Assembly (NCBI GenBank): GCA_964016885.1
Contig: OZ024764.1
Location: forward strand, 23,250,001 to 23,314,000
Length of the DNA stretch: 64,000 nt
Origin: Eledone cirrhosa
Taxonomy: Eukaryota
Reading direction: 5' to 3'
The notes under the pieces were generated by a model. The model did not search any database and was not told the origin of the DNA. It saw only the letters and a list, made by a program, of their open reading frames with translations. Shown here piece by piece: positions 42,595 to 57,057 of the stretch (position 1 is its first letter; the number at the start of each line of letters is the position of its first letter). A program made the translations under genes and the position numbers.

Positions 42595-44480
42595 GGAGGC
42601 CTATAATGAACAAGGGCGGGCTGAGGACCGACCCTGATGTACTCCTACTTGTATCTGGAATTCCTTATTAAACTCCATTCCTACCCTCACTTTACTGACA
42701 CCACCTCTGTACATAGCTTACATTGTCCTCACAAACTATTCCTCTACACCTAGTTTCCTTAGGGACCACCAGATGACAGATTGGGGTACTCTATCAAAGG
42801 CCTTTTCTAGGTGAACAAAAGCTAAGTATAGTGGTTTATTCTTCTCTAAGAACCTCTCTTGTAGTTGTCTCACTAAGAAGAGGGCATCTGTTTGACCCTT
42901 TCTCTAAGTTGCGCTAGTATTCTTTCTGTCACTTTCATAACCTGATCCATCAGTTTTATGCCCCTATAATTACTCCTCTCCAGAACATCCCCTTTACCTT
43001 TACCTCAATTTATGAGAATACTGCTGCACCAGTCTTTGGGTATGACACCACCATATATAGCTTGATTAATGATGCATGCAACCAGTTTACTTCCTACATC
43101 CCCTGATGCCTTCAGCATCTCAGCAACTATCCCCAACAGTCCAGCAGACCTCCATTTTTCCTTTCCTTAATTACTCTTGGACCCTATAGTCGTCAATCTC
43201 AATAGCTGGTCCTTCTGTCGGGTCTGCTGAAGGTAGACCCGACATTTCCAGGCCTCCCTTTTCTGATCATTCGTGACACTAAGTACATCGGCATCATCCC
43301 GGACACATTTATCTCCAACAACATCCTGATTTGCACTGACACACTGCCTTGCAATGTGGAACACTGCACGCCTCTGATCTTCCCGTCGCAAAACATTGGC
43401 AAACCTCCTACTCTCAGCCTCCCTGCGTGCTAAGTAGACCTGACATCTAGCTTCTCTCTTAGCGGCTGTGTATCGGTCTCTACCCCTACAATTTTTCCAA
43501 ACATTCCATGCTAGTCATTTGTCTCTAATGGCTCTATCTACCGTGCTGTTCCACCACCAGGTCACTCTCTGTCTGGTTGGAGCTCTGCTCCAGCCACAAG
43601 TTTTATGAGTAACCTGCAGTAAGTTGTCACGTAAGAAATTCCAGTTATAATCTATGTCATACGACGCTAAAACGTCTTCTTTTTCATCATACACATCTTG
43701 AAGGGCTTGCCTAAATTTATATTTTAGTGAAAGGTCTTTTAGTTTCTAGACCTTCCTTTTTCACACCTTCTTGTATGTCTCTCTTTGTCTCTTGCTTACT
43801 GAGATGTCACTAACGACTAACCTATGTTGGGGGGTTACATTGTTCCCTGGGATATGCCTTAGTATTTGACACCATCTATCTGTCTTACTCCCTAACTAGC
43901 AAGAAGTAAATCTGTCTCATGTGCTCACCTGATTGGTAGATTATTAGGTGGTTGGTAGGTTTCTTAAAGTGTTGCAAATGGTTAGTTCACTTGCATCACA
44001 AAATACAAGAAGCCTCACTCCTTCTTCATTTCTTGAGCCATAACCATGACCACCATGTACCCCAGTGTATCCATCCTGGAGCTGTCCAACATGACCATTG
44101 AAGTCCCCTGCTATTATAACTAGATCTCTGTCCTCTGTCATTGTGGTTATCTCTACTTATTCCTTTTCTACATATGGAGCAGGGCCACTTTCCTGAAGGG
44201 GTCAGGGTCTTCTCTCCTATCCATTACCACTTTAGTTTTGGCTAAGTATATTCTCAGAACTTACCATTTCAAATTCTATATCTATAGCTGGTCATCTACA
44301 TAGAGAAGTTTCCATAGACAGCCAGTCTTAAACCTCTCTGTTATGGCTTGGAGAACTATGATGAACAACAGTGGGCTAAGAACTAAACCATGATGAACTC
44401 CTACCTGTACCTTCAATTCCTCACTAAACACACTTTACTGACAGCTTCTCACAAGCCATTCTTCTACACCTAATTTCTTT
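42595..44480 (-). mobile_element. Decayed antisense RTE LINE fragments in intron 1
   Basis: Minus ORFs 43167..43391 and 43944..44141 (AGDFNGHVG, RNEEGVRLL). Confidence 0.85.
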
Positions 44481-45907
44481 AACCCTTTAGTATATAAACT
44501 GGCCATATCTGGCCAGACTTCTCCCACATCTTTCTGTTCAAACTGGCCGTAACTGGTCACTTATACTTATGTTAAGATATTGTTCTCAAAATAAGTAACA
44601 TCAAAATCTCATAGATTTGATATTATGTGAGATAAAGCATTTACTGTGAAAATATAATAGTAAATATAGAGTAATGTGAATACTAAAGGGTTAATCTAAT
44701 GTCACTAATAACTACTTTTATCAGTCAGTATAATCTAATGTCACTAATAACTACTTTTATCAGTCAGTTTAATCTAATGTCACTAATAACTACTTTTATC
44801 AGTCAGTTTAATCTAATGTCACTAATAACTACTTTTATCAGTCAGTATAATCTAATCTCACTAATAACTACTTTTATCAGTCAGTTCAATCTAATGCCAC
44901 TAATAACTACTTTTATCAGTCAGTATAATCTACTGCCACTAATAACTAACCTATGTTAGTCAGCACATTCTTCACCAAAGAAGGCCTTAGTATTTATTAC
45001 AGTCCATTTATCAATATAGAAATATTCTATGAAATTTGTACTGATGTATTACAAGTTTCTGAGAATCTTATAATGTTCTTTTATTATTTCAGAATACCAG
45101 AGGACATTGGCATTAAAGAGCACGTTACATCAGACATATCCTCAATATTAACCATTTCTAATGAAAGACACTACCCATCATTTTCAAATAATTTTGAAAA
45201 CACTCAACACTTTCAAGGGATTTAGTTAAATAACTAAATTTCTCAGTATTAAGCTGCTATTTGGAACATAACTTTGCACAATTTCATGAAGTTATAATGG
45301 AAAGTTTTTAGATAAATATAAACACTGGTATGAAAAGGTTAAAACACTTTTATATCAGTTGTTTCATCAACACCATTATTTAAAGACTAAAGGAAGCTGT
45401 TATACAGAACAGATACAACCTTGTTTATATAAATCTATGGGAGAAATACTGGGAAATATTTCTTGTAAACTCAATAACACTTCTATTCTTCGCTGTCTGG
45501 AATATGTAGAAGATACAAAATAAAGCTGAAGAAATTTACACATGATTTTGTAAGATCTTCATATATTGACAAAGATGATAGTTGATGGAACTACAGGAGT
45601 AGAAATATTTCCATTATTACAGGAATAACTAATCAAATAAAAACCAGAAAAATTAGATTCTTCACTGTCTGGAATTTGTGCAAGATGATTTTATATGTAT
45701 ATTAAACTTGAAGAGATCTACAAAACAGTTTGTATCATCTTTAAATATAAAGAAAGACCAAAGTTGATAAAAATATATCTGGAGGAATATATTTTAAGAA
45801 TAATATTATAAACATAAAGAAGAAAACTATCCATATATTGCGAGGAGAAAAATATTAAAACTGTGAATTATGTGAGAAACTGAGGTGATTGATATCTTTT
45901 ATGAGAT

Positions 45908-46855
45908 ATGTCGAAAAATATAGTAAAATCACCATTCCACTGTGATAACTGTGGTAAATCATTCTCTAAAAATAATGAATTAACTAGACACAAACTAAAT
46001 CATACGGAAGAGTTGCCATATCACTGTGATATCTGTGGTAAATCATTTTCTCAAACTTATACCTTAACTATTCATAAGTGTATTGGTACAGGAGAGAAGC
46101 CATATCACTGTGGTATCTGTAGTAAATCATTCTCTTACAGAATTAGCTTTGTTAAACACCAACGTATTCATACAGAAGAGAAGCCATATCAGTGTGATAT
46201 CTGTGATAAATCATTCTCTCGTAGTAATCACCTAACTAATCACAGACGTATTCATACAGGAGAGAAGCCATATCAATGTGATATCTGTGATAAATCATTC
46301 AGTGACAGTAGTAGCTTCAGAGTTCACAAACAAATTCATACAGGAGAGAAGCCACATCACTGTGACATCTGTGGTAAATCATTCAGTCACAAAAATACCT
46401 TAACTACCCACATACGTATTCATACAGGAGAGAATCCATATCACTGTGACATCTGTAGTAAATCATTCCCTGGCAGAAGTAGCTTCCTTAAACACCAACG
46501 TGTTCATACAGGAGAGAAGCCATATCAATGTGATATCTGTGATAAATCATTCAGTGACAGTAGTAGCGTCAGAGTTCACAAACGTATTCATACAGGAGAG
46601 AAGCCATATCACTGTGACATCTGTGGTAAATCATTCAGTCACAATAATACCTTAACTAATCACAAACGTATTCATACAGGAGAGAAACCATATCACTGTG
46701 ATATCTGTGGTAAAACGTTCTCTAAAAATAATCACCTAACTACTCACAAACGTATTCATACAGGAGAGAAGCCATATCACTGTGACATCTGTGGTAAATC
46801 ATTCTCTCAAAGTGGTAACTTAACCAAGCATGTGCGTATTCGTACAGAAGTTTAG
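45908..46855 (+). CDS. C2H2 zinc-finger protein, copy 4 (11 repeats; fingers 2 and 11 lack the last His)
   Basis: 315-aa ORF; acceptor 45091-45092, long UTR. Confidence 0.92.
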   Translation: MSKNIVKSPFHCDNCGKSFSKNNELTRHKLNHTEELPYHCDICGKSFSQTYTLTIHKCIGTGEKPYHCGICSKSFSYRISFVKHQRIHTEEKPYQCDICDKSFSRSNHLTNHRRIHTGEKPYQCDICDKSFSDSSSFRVHKQIHTGEKPHHCDICGKSFSHKNTLTTHIRIHTGENPYHCDICSKSFPGRSSFLKHQRVHTGEKPYQCDICDKSFSDSSSVRVHKRIHTGEKPYHCDICGKSFSHNNTLTNHKRIHTGEKPYHCDICGKTFSKNNHLTTHKRIHTGEKPYHCDICGKSFSQSGNLTKHVRIRTEV

Positions 46856-47489
46856 CTGTGTCAATATCAAACTCATTACATCATACTACAACAACAACAA
46901 CAAATATGTAGATCCATCATCCTGGCTAAAACTGGGGTCAACCTTGTAGGTTTTACCTAGGACAGGGATCATAAACACCAGGTTTCTATTTTTGAAGCCG
47001 TGTTTGAAGATTTTGTGTAAATTGAAGTTTTTCACATTAAACTTTCATTTATTATACTTTAACAGGTAAGATATATATTTGTATTTTTAGTAAAGGTTGG
47101 GAACTTCTGTAATTTAAACCTGCCAATAAAATGAAAACTTTTGTTGTTAGTCAGACATTGATATTAATTCTATTGTCCTGTACATTGTCTCAAATATCAC
47201 AGATTAAACAGATTTTAACAATAACAACAGAAATCAATAACTTGTAAGCCTAATATCTAGCTTCCATTTTAACTCTTTGATATTGTTGTTCTCCTCCTAT
47301 CTCTTCAGGTCTTTTAGAGTTCAACTTCTATCTACTGTACTATTCCATCACCAAGGCAACATTCATCTGGCTGGCAGCTTACATCAACTACAAATCTCAT
47401 CAGTGGTTCACAACAGGCTGTCTGAAAGAAACTTGCAGATATCTTCTATGTCATAGCTATCAATCTCCTCCTCCTTATCATATGTACCA

Positions 47490-48140
47490 CTCTCACAGTC
47501 CCTCTAGATCTTATATTTAAGAGGGAGATCTTTTACTGTCCCTACCCTTTTCTCTAGGTTGTCTTGTACCTCTCTCATAGTCCCTCTAGATCTTATATTT
47601 AACAGGGAGATCTTTTACTGTCCCTACCCTTTTCTCTAGGTATCCCTCTAGATCTTATATTTAACAGGGAGATCTTTTACTGTCCCTACCCTTTTCTCTA
47701 GATTGTCTTGTATCTCTTTCACAGTATTTCTAGATCTTATATTTAACAGGGAGATCTTTTACTAGCCCTAAAATTTTCTCAAGGTTTTCTTTTACCTCTC
47801 TCACAGTCCCTCTAGATCTTATATTTAACAGGGAGCTCTTTTACTGTCCCTACCCTTTTCTCTAGGTTGTCTTATACCACTCTCACAGTACCTCTAGATC
47901 TTATATTTAACAGGGAGATCTTTTACTAGCCCTACCCTTTTCTCTAGGTTGTCTTGTACCTCTCTCACAGTCCCTCTAGATCTTATATTTAACAAGGAGA
48001 TCTTTTACTCTCCAACCCTTTTCTCTAGGTCGTCTTGTACCTCCCTCACAATCCCTGTAGATCTTATATTTAACAGGGAGATCTTTTACTCTCCAACCCT
48101 TCTTTCTCCAGATAGTCTTGTATCTGTCAGTCCCTCTAGA
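47490..48140. repeat. ~82-bp tandem repeat (~8 copies)
   Basis: Same unit as 4030-4275. Confidence 0.9.
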
Positions 48141-50277
48141 TATTACACCTAGTATCTAGTCTATGTTGAGTGGTACGTCCTTCTCCAGTAAAGGAGTTAA
48201 TATTCCCAACCATCTGTCTATCCTGTTTTCTGATGAGAATGAAGTCAATCTAGTTTATCTCTTCACCTGATTGAAGTAACTAGATCAAGTAACTAGATGT
48301 TTTCCTGTAAGTTAGTGTTGCAGTGTTTGTGTCACCATGTAAGGTTTATATCTATTAATATAGAGATGTAGTAAAGTTTTCACTGTTGTATCTCTATTTT
48401 CTAAATATCTTAATAATGTTTCTCTACTATTTCAGAATATCACATGACCTTCACAGAAAAGAATCTTTTAAAGACAACAGAAAGATGTTACATACAAGTG
48501 ATATAAACTTGTTTAGTCTGTGGTGAATTAGGGTGAAATATTTCTTCTGAATTGAGATAAATAACAACATATTCCTTTTTCACTGTCTGGAATATTTACA
48601 AGATGATTTTACATTCTGATTAAACTTTGGATATTTACAAAGGAGTTTTCAAAATATTTGGATATTGACAAAGATCACATTTGATAAAATTATGAACAAT
48701 AGAAATATTTACATCAACATAGGAATATTTTCCAGAAGAGATGGGAAAATCATTATACCACTGTAATATTTGTGGTAAAGTATTCTCTCTTCTTTATATG
48801 TAGAACATCTAACTAAACACTTTAACTAACAAACTATTGTGCTATAGAATTGACAAACTTGAACAATGCTTAATAAATGTTACAGATTTCTCCAAACTGT
48901 CGTTTACTAACTTTAATTTGAAGCTATGTTATCTATATACTACTAAAACTCTGTGATTGTGTCTTGTCTGTAATTTAATACATCTAAAACAGTGCATAAT
49001 GGGGAAATACTTTGAAAAGAATAAAACAAGTTTTGTATAAATTGGAGCACAGGTTCCCAAGATACGGGGTTTTCTGGGTACCTTCATAAATATAGGGAGA
49101 GAAAGAGATAGTGGTTGTGAGAGTGAGGAGACAGATGGAAGAGAGAGAGAGAGAGCTGCTGGTGTTGTTTAATAAAATGTCTGCGTATATATATATATAC
49201 ATATGTGTCTATATATATATATATGTCTGTATATTTTAACTATTTGAACATTATTTTTAAGTGAACATGATTTTAAAATAATAGTTTTAAGGGAACCTGA
49301 CCCTACAGGTCGCGGGTGGTCTAGTTTGTTACTAAATACTAGATATTAGAGGGTCATGTTGTTCTAGATGTGCTGGAAGAGCCATTCCATCTCGTGAGGC
49401 TCACACCAGCAGCTAGCCACCTCAGCACCTATGGTGGTATATTTATTATATTATTTATTCTTTATCATTAACATTAATATAAAAGATAATTATATATTTT
49501 TAGAGAAGAACCTCTAATTTCATATAGCTTAGGGCTTCAGTAGGTAAAAGTCTGGCCCTGCTTGTCCTGTATTTTTTAGGGGAGAAGTTAGGGAATACTG
49601 TTATTGTGTGAAAGTTTTCTAAATCTTCTTCAGCCACTAACATGGAGAAGATATTTCAGTAAGAAGGTTCACATCCTGACATCTATAGCTGTTAACAATA
49701 AGATTGGAATTCATTATTAAACAAATGTTATATCATCGTCACTGTTTAACATCAGTTTTTTCACACTGGCATGGGTTAGACGAGTTATCTTGTTGTAAGC
49801 AAGGCCAGGTCAGGTGACCACGTCTTGCTCCTACAGAACCAATTTTGGTTTGGTTTCTACAGCTGGATGCCCTTCCTAGCACCAACCTTATTTACATTGA
49901 GTACTGGGTGATTTTTACTATCTCACCAACTCGACCACTTCACAGTGTGGGCTGGGTACTTTTTTCCTTTTTGTCATGGCACCTACATGACCACTTTACA
50001 GTGAGTACTGGGTACTTTTTAACGTGACACCTATGTGACCACTTTACAGGGTGGACTGTGTACTTTTTGCCATGACACCAATGTGACCACTTTACAGTGT
50101 GGAATGGGTACTTTTTGTTGTGACACCTACATGACCACTTTACAGTGTGGATTGGGTACTTTTTGTCATGACACCTACACAACCTCTTTACAGTGTTGGC
50201 AGTGAAATCTAATGCGCCAGCTTCAGTAATCAGAAGATACATATACACACACACAAACAGAAATATATATATATATT

Positions 50278-52345
50278 CAGTTGTACCTTGACTTACAAGT
50301 GTCCCAACTAATAAGTTTTTCGAGATACGAGCCCTCTTTCGGCTGATTTTTTGCGTTGAGTTCCAGAGTAAAACTCAGGTTACGAGTCAGCTTCAGATGC
50401 CCCGCCACTAGTTGGCATAGTGACCACCACAGGCAATACCGTAACACCCGCCCGGCATCCCATGGCTTCGAAGAAAGTGAGGGCGAAGAACAGTTCTGAG
50501 AAGAAGAAGCAGGATGATGTGTATTGAATTAAAGAAAGAAATTATAGAAAAACATGACCAAGGTGTGTGTAGTGGACTTGGTGAAGTAGTACGAGCGTAG
50601 CACTTCTATGATATGTACCATACTGAAGTAGAAGGACTTGATAAAGGCTATAACCCCAGCTAAGGGTGGTAAAATAATTTCTAAATAGCGGACCTCTATC
50701 CATGAAAATATGGAAAAGCTGCTGATGGTGTGGTTGAAGGAGAAGCAGCTCGCAAGAGATACTGTGATGAAGATTATAATATGTGAGAAGGCACGAGCTA
50801 TTTACGCTGATTTGCTGCAGCAGACCCCAGGTACTTCTACGGACGAGGCATCGGCAAGCCCTTTAATGCCAGTCGGGGTTGGTTTGAGAATTTTAAAAAG
50901 AGGACCGGCATTCACTCCGTTGTCAGGCATGGTGTGGCAGCGAGCGCGGATATGAAGGCAGCTGAGGATTACCTCAAAACCTTTGTCGGAATTATAGCAG
51001 CCGAAGGATACATCCCTCAGCAAGTCTTTAACTGTGATGAAACAGGACTTTTTTGGAAGAAGATGCCAAGGAGGACTTATATAATGGAAGAGGATGCCTG
51101 GCCACAAACCCATGAAGGATAGGCTAACCCTCGCACTGTGCCACTGTGCCATTGCGAGCGGTGACTGTAAGATTAAGATGCCGCTCGTTTATCCTTCAGA
51201 AAACTCCAGAACCTTTAAGTCACATAAGATTCTGTAAGAAAAATTGCAGGTTATGTGGAGGGCAAACCCGAGGGCATGGGTCACCAGGCAGTCCTTTGTG
51301 GAGTGGGTGAATTTGGTCTTTGGTCCTGACGTTAAAAAATATCTCCAGGAAAATAACCTACCCCTGTAAACCCTTCTTGTCCTAGACAGTGCAACTGCTC
51401 ATCCACCTAACCTCGAAGAGTTCAAGTTTATAAAGGTCCTCTACCTTCCACCAAACACCACCCCTATCCTACAGACCAAGGACCAGCAGGTACTTTCTAA
51501 TTTCAAGAAGCTCTTCACCAAGCACCTGTTCAGTCGCTGCTTTGAAGTGACGGAGAGCACAAACTTCACCCTTGAGAGGTCTGGAAGGACCATTATAACA
51601 TCGTGATATGCCTCAGAATTATCGATATGACCTGGCAGGGTCTTACAAAGAGAACCTTGACCTCTACATGGAAGAAGCTGTGGCCTGAGGTTGTGTCTAA
51701 AACAGACTTTGAAAGACTCGAACCCGAAGCGACAGTGGTGGAGGAGATTGTACCCCTCGGTAAGCCCATGGGCTTGGACATGGATGAAGGTGACATCAAC
51801 GAGCTCATCAAGGAGCACTCTGAGGAAATGACAACGAAGGAATTAAAGGAGCTACAGACACAGCAACACACGGGGTTTTTGCAGGAAATAGGTGACACAG
51901 AGGAGGTTATCTCAACAAGTGAGATGAAACAAACCTTATTAGACAGGTTTTTATCGAAAATCCCTGCAGATAAAAGTGAGGAAAGCGTGGCGAAAAGGGC
52001 AAAAATCAACGAATAAGATTCAGTTATTCAGTTCATCCTTTCTCCTCCGTCAACATCCTCAAGTCGTCTGATCTCCAAGATAGATGCTGTACATTATACT
52101 TAATAAAACCAGTTTATTGTAGTACATTCTATTGTATTGTTTTTTATATACAATATTTATTATTTATAAGTACATTTGTCTTATTTAAAAACACGTAACA
52201 AAACAAACTGTGGTTTTGTGGGGTCTGGAACGGATTAATGGCATTTTAATTTATTTCCGTGGGGAAAATTGATTTGAAATACGAGTAATTTAAGTTACGA
52301 GGTCCTCCACGGAACAAATTAAACTCATAAGTCAAGGTACAACAG
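50278..52345 (+). mobile_element. Tigger/pogo transposon, paralog of 22674-24692
   Basis: CAGTTGTACCTTGACTTAC ... TAAGTCAAGGTACAACAG; ORFs 50710..50955, 50934..51122, 51603..52016. Confidence 0.9.
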
Positions 52346-54153
52346 TGTGTGTGTATATATATATATATGAAGGAACGATCGACTTTCGTCAAATCGGACC
52401 GAGGAAGCAATGTTTCCATTGGTCTTTCCAATTGCTAGTACTATCGGTCGCAATTCCAGGTAGAAGGAACAACGTGAAATAAAGTGTCTTGCTCAAGGTC
52501 ATAACGCATCGCCTGGTCCAGGAATCGAACTCACAACCTCAAGATATATATATATATATAAATGAAGAATATAGAAATTATTGTAGCAAAAAGCCAACAG
52601 TATTCCATTTCATTTCATTTCATTTGAGTTTGAGTCCATGCTCAGGCCAAGTCGAAGACTCCACCCATTATATATATATATATAGTATAAAAGAGAAAAC
52701 ACAGGTAAGCATTAAGAGAAGGATTTTATCCAGGTATTTACGACCGTTTCATTGGTAAGTGCAACCTTATATTTCTATCCTGCAAATAGCAGCCACTCAA
52801 TTATAATTGTTGTTCACTGTCCAAATTTTCAAAATAGTAAGTTACTCTTGAAATAATTCTTAATATATAGAGAAAAACATTTATTTGGAATTGTATTTAC
52901 TAGTATAGAGAGAGAGGAATCAGAAGGTGAGGGGACAGACGGAATAGTATAGAGAGAGAGGAAGGGGGAAGAGGTAGGAAGTAGAGTGACAAACTGAGAT
53001 GGAGGGAGGGGTAGAGGTGGAAGGATTCTTTGGTCAGTTTTGACAGCAGACTTCATGTCGTGGAATGTAGTGAGTTAAAGAGAATTAAATTGATCATTTT
53101 TGGAGGGATGGATATATATATATATAGTTAAATATTAGACAGGAACAAAAAACAGAGGCAGTGCAAATGGTAGTTTATACCGAGAGAGAGACAGACAAAC
53201 ACATCTATACCCCTACTACAGTAAAACATAAAACATATGTAAGGGGAGACAACTCTCGTTACATCCACCCTTCTTTTTGATATACGTCCTTTACATACTT
53301 TGTTCAATGGAATCTGCTTTATTTTGTGTCCTAAGTAGATTTCTGTTTAAGTATTTACGAGATTCACAATGATTCACGTAACCAAGTTACTTACATAGAG
53401 ATATATTTCACATAGAATCACAACAAATGAAAATATTAAGTCAACTCTCTGTCAATCAGTCTCACATCACATGGGGTGCCGGAGTCTCCTTCTAATAGTT
53501 TCTGAGACAGTCTTACCTCGAGTGATAGCAAGGCTAAGATGTTGGAACTACCAAACACCCTCTTATGTATCACCTGACACCTCGGTAAGGAGAGCTGCCA
53601 ACGGTAATAAGAACCTCGTTGTCAGGGACCTATCTCCTCCAAACTTCTCCAACACCACAGACTAGAATATTCTACTCTTTATTCCCTATCAAAGATATTT
53701 CAGTCTAGTCATTTGTCTTGTATCTTGTATATGTATTTTCAAAACTAACTGTCACATTTGTGAGACCCCAGTTAGTGATGTTTTTCTCTCCCTCCCACAT
53801 CCTACATGCTGTAGTAAAAGTGAGGGTCACTGCTTCCGTAGATGAACGAAATAAAAGCTAAACTACCAGTAATTATCGGCAAAGTATTTATTCCAGTCTG
53901 TGATGTCTGAGAAGCTGGGCTGCTGACAACGAAGTTGTTGTCACTGTTGGCGGCTGGCTTTACCGAAGTACCCGATGACTCTTGTGAGGGTACTTAGCTG
54001 TTCTGGTGGTTTAGCCCCCACGTGACCCGATCTTACCGAGATACCCGGTGATCTCTGTCAGGGTACTTAGCTGTTCTATTTTAATTTCATTTACTGATTT
54101 CAACTTCATTTTTTTATTACAAACTTTACATACTTTAATTCGGTAAAAATATT

Positions 54154-54280
54154 TTACGTCACAAAAAAACCTTGGAGCATGCGCAGTGGTGCAGTTGTCG
54201 ACTTCCTGTCCACGTGTTAGTCTTCCTACAACATCATTTAGAAAACATTTCTGTAAATACTAAACACCTGAGACTATAAT
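54154..54280 (+). promoter_or_regulatory. Predicted promoter and exon 1 of ZNF copy 5
   Basis: TTACGTCA, GCATGCGCA 54177, ACTTCCTG, CACGTG, donor at 54281. Confidence 0.65.
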
Positions 54281-54816
54281 GTAAGTATTATGTCTATTAA
54301 TATTCTAGATTTAAGCTCACTCTTCACATCACAAATATATATTTTATTGTTTGTTTCATTACTGGAAATATAAAATGTTATCGTAATTATCTATATTTTA
54401 CCTACCTCTAATTAATTAAAGTGAAAACTTTTGTTGTAGCTGAAAAATAAATTAACAAAACTAAATATTTAAATATTCTAAAGGTCGTTTTTATATTATG
54501 TGATGATATAATTAATATATTTTATTACAATTGTATAAATTTACAGTAGAATAACGTTGTAAATATGTTTTAAATATATACATAAATAACATAAGTGTGT
54601 AAATAACATTATAACTTGCTGGCAATTCCTTGAGAAAGACATTACAAATATATTGTCTAAACTGTGTATAATAATATAATTCATTGAACAATAATGATAA
54701 AGGAAAGAAAAACACAGTGGGAGATGGCAATTCATCACCATGTGTGATAATAGGCGACACCTCACACCTTAGGGGTTAACTACACACTTTGAGGCAAGCC
54801 AACACACTGGCAGCAT

Positions 54817-55030
54817 TACTAAGGTGTTGAAATAACCAGGTACCCTCACGGGTATCACCTGACACCTCAGTAAGGTGCTGAAATAACCAGGTACCCTCAC
54901 GGGTAGCACCTGGTACCTCGGTAAGGTGAGGCTAAGGTGTTGAAATAACCAGGTACCCTCACGGGTATCACCTAACACCTCGGTAAGGTGAGGCTAAGGT
55001 GCTGAAATAACCAGGTACCCTCACGAGTAT
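54817..55030. repeat. 62-bp tandem repeat
   Basis: Same unit as 10448-10725. Confidence 0.85.
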
Positions 55031-56100
55031 TTTCTCTGAACCCCTCAGATACTTGCAATAGAAGTTTTATTCCCCAGTATTAGGGTTAGGGTTTCCGTTT
55101 TCAGGAAGAATAGTCGATTGCAAACATCTAAGAGGTCTAGAAATAAAATTAAGGAAAGATAATTATTTCCCAGCCAACTGGAGAAGTGTGTAGCTCTTCT
55201 AAACTCTGATAATCCTGTCTCCCACTTCTTTATCTACAAGTCTAGTCGTTTCCTGTAGGGTTAGGGTTTCCCTTTGAAGGTAAATTGTGAATCAGTTATT
55301 TTTAAACAAACTATCAAAGAAGTGATCTCACAGTAACTGTGTTGGATTTAATCAACCTATCCCCCCCCCCCCCCGCAAACATTGTCGACCTTGTGTCTAA
55401 ATCAGAAACTATTATTAGATCTTAAATCTACCCCTTAAAGATGAAGGGCAAAGCTAACCTCGGCGGGATTTCAACCCTTTATGTTATGAGTTCAAATCCC
55501 ACCAAAGTTAACTTTGTCTTTCATTCTAATGGAGTGGATAAATTAAAGTTCCAGTAATCTACTGGGGTCTGAGATATTAACGTTTGAGTAGATTCTATCT
55601 TTTTGTGTGTTTGTATTTATAATCTTACTAGAACACCTGTGACCTGTTGGGTCACGTTCCCTTTAAAAATAATTTTTAAATAATTAAAATATAGAGACAT
55701 GTATATAATGTAAAATGAAATTAGTAGGTAGGCCCATGTATATATATATATATGCCTGTGTGTATATATATATGTGTGTGTGTGTGTATATATATGTCAC
55801 AGACACACACACACGAGTCGCTTGTTATAATTTTAAAATTTCGTTCAACAACACCAACAGCTCTCTCTCTCACACACCAATTATCTTTCTCTCTCTATTT
55901 ATGAAGGTACCAGAAAAACCCCATATCTCGGGAACCTGTGCTCTGGTCTACGTGAAACTTATTTTATCCCATCTGTATTCCCATTTCAGGGTCAACTTCC
56001 TTTCAAACTATTTTCCCATTATGCCCCGTTTTGGCTGTATTACATTACAGACAAGACACAATCACAGAGTTTTAGGTTTATAATGTGTGGTTAGAAAAAG

Positions 56101-56410
56101 CTATACCCTGCTTGCAAGGACGGGACGGGAACTGATACTGGCTTGATTTCTACAGCTGGATGCCCTTCCTAACACCAACCTCATTTACAGTGAGTGCTGG
56201 GTGCTTTTTTACCGTGGCACCTCCACGACCACTTTGCAGTGGAATGATAGGACTCCAGTCCTATCATCTCATTTCTACAGCTGAGTAAACTGGAGCAATG
56301 TGAAATAAAGTGTCTTGCTCAAGGAAACAACACATCACCCGGTCTAAGAATTGATCTCACAACCTTTCGATTGCAAGGCCAATGCTCTAACCACTAAGCC
56401 ATGTGCCTCC
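56101..56410 (-). mobile_element. Composite SINE: tRNA head + core + RTE-derived body and 3' end
   Basis: Minus strand ggaggcacatggcttagtggttagagc head, ccttgagcaagacact core, aaaagcacccag...aggaagggcatcca (RTE 5' UTR) and cccgtcccgtccttgcaagcaggg (RTE 3' end). Confidence 0.8.
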
Positions 56411-56737
56411 ATGTATATATATGCGTGTGTGTATATATATGTGTGTGTGTATATATATGTGAGTGTCTGTCACAGACACACACACAAGTCACTTGTTATA
56501 ATTTTAAAATTTCGTTTAACAACACCACCAGCTCTCTCTCTCTCTCTATTTATAAAGGTACCAGAAAAAACCCCATATCTCGGGAACCTGGGCTGTGATT
56601 TACATGAAGCTTGTTTTATCCCATCTGTATTCCCATTTCAGGGTCAACTTCCTTTCAAACTATTTCCCCATTATGCCCCGTTTTGGCTGTATTACATTAC
56701 AGACAAGACACAATCACAGAGTTTTAGGTGTATAATG

Positions 56738-57004
56738 TGTGGTTAGAAAAAGCTATCTCACCGCTTTTCACAGGCGCCGCTAAACTCCACTGCAGGTTAC
56801 TCCTCTTCCACGTGCCTCCAACTGCTTAACACCGGGAGCTGCCCAAAACTCGCGTCCACACCGTTTGCTGGTCACCACTAGGGAGAGGCCCTCTGCTGGC
56901 CCTTCCGGTCGAGCACTCTCCCACCTCCGGCCACCCCACGCCACACACCCTTCCTGTCGAGCACTCCCCCGCCTCCAGCCACCCCACGCCACACCATACC
57001 CACA
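56738..57004. mobile_element. Solo LTR-like insertion (267 bp)
   Basis: TGTGG...CCACA flanked by 5-bp TSD TAATG; empty site ggtttataatgttatag in units 1 and 2. Confidence 0.7.
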
Positions 57005-57057
57005 TAATGTTATAGTATCATGATAGGGTAATACAGTTATTTATAGACCTGTGGTAA

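Noticed and set aside
44699-44959. ORF with 13-aa repeat MSLITTFISQ(Y/F)NL
   Set aside because: Translation of the intronic 39-bp VNTR; copy number varies between units; no coding evidence
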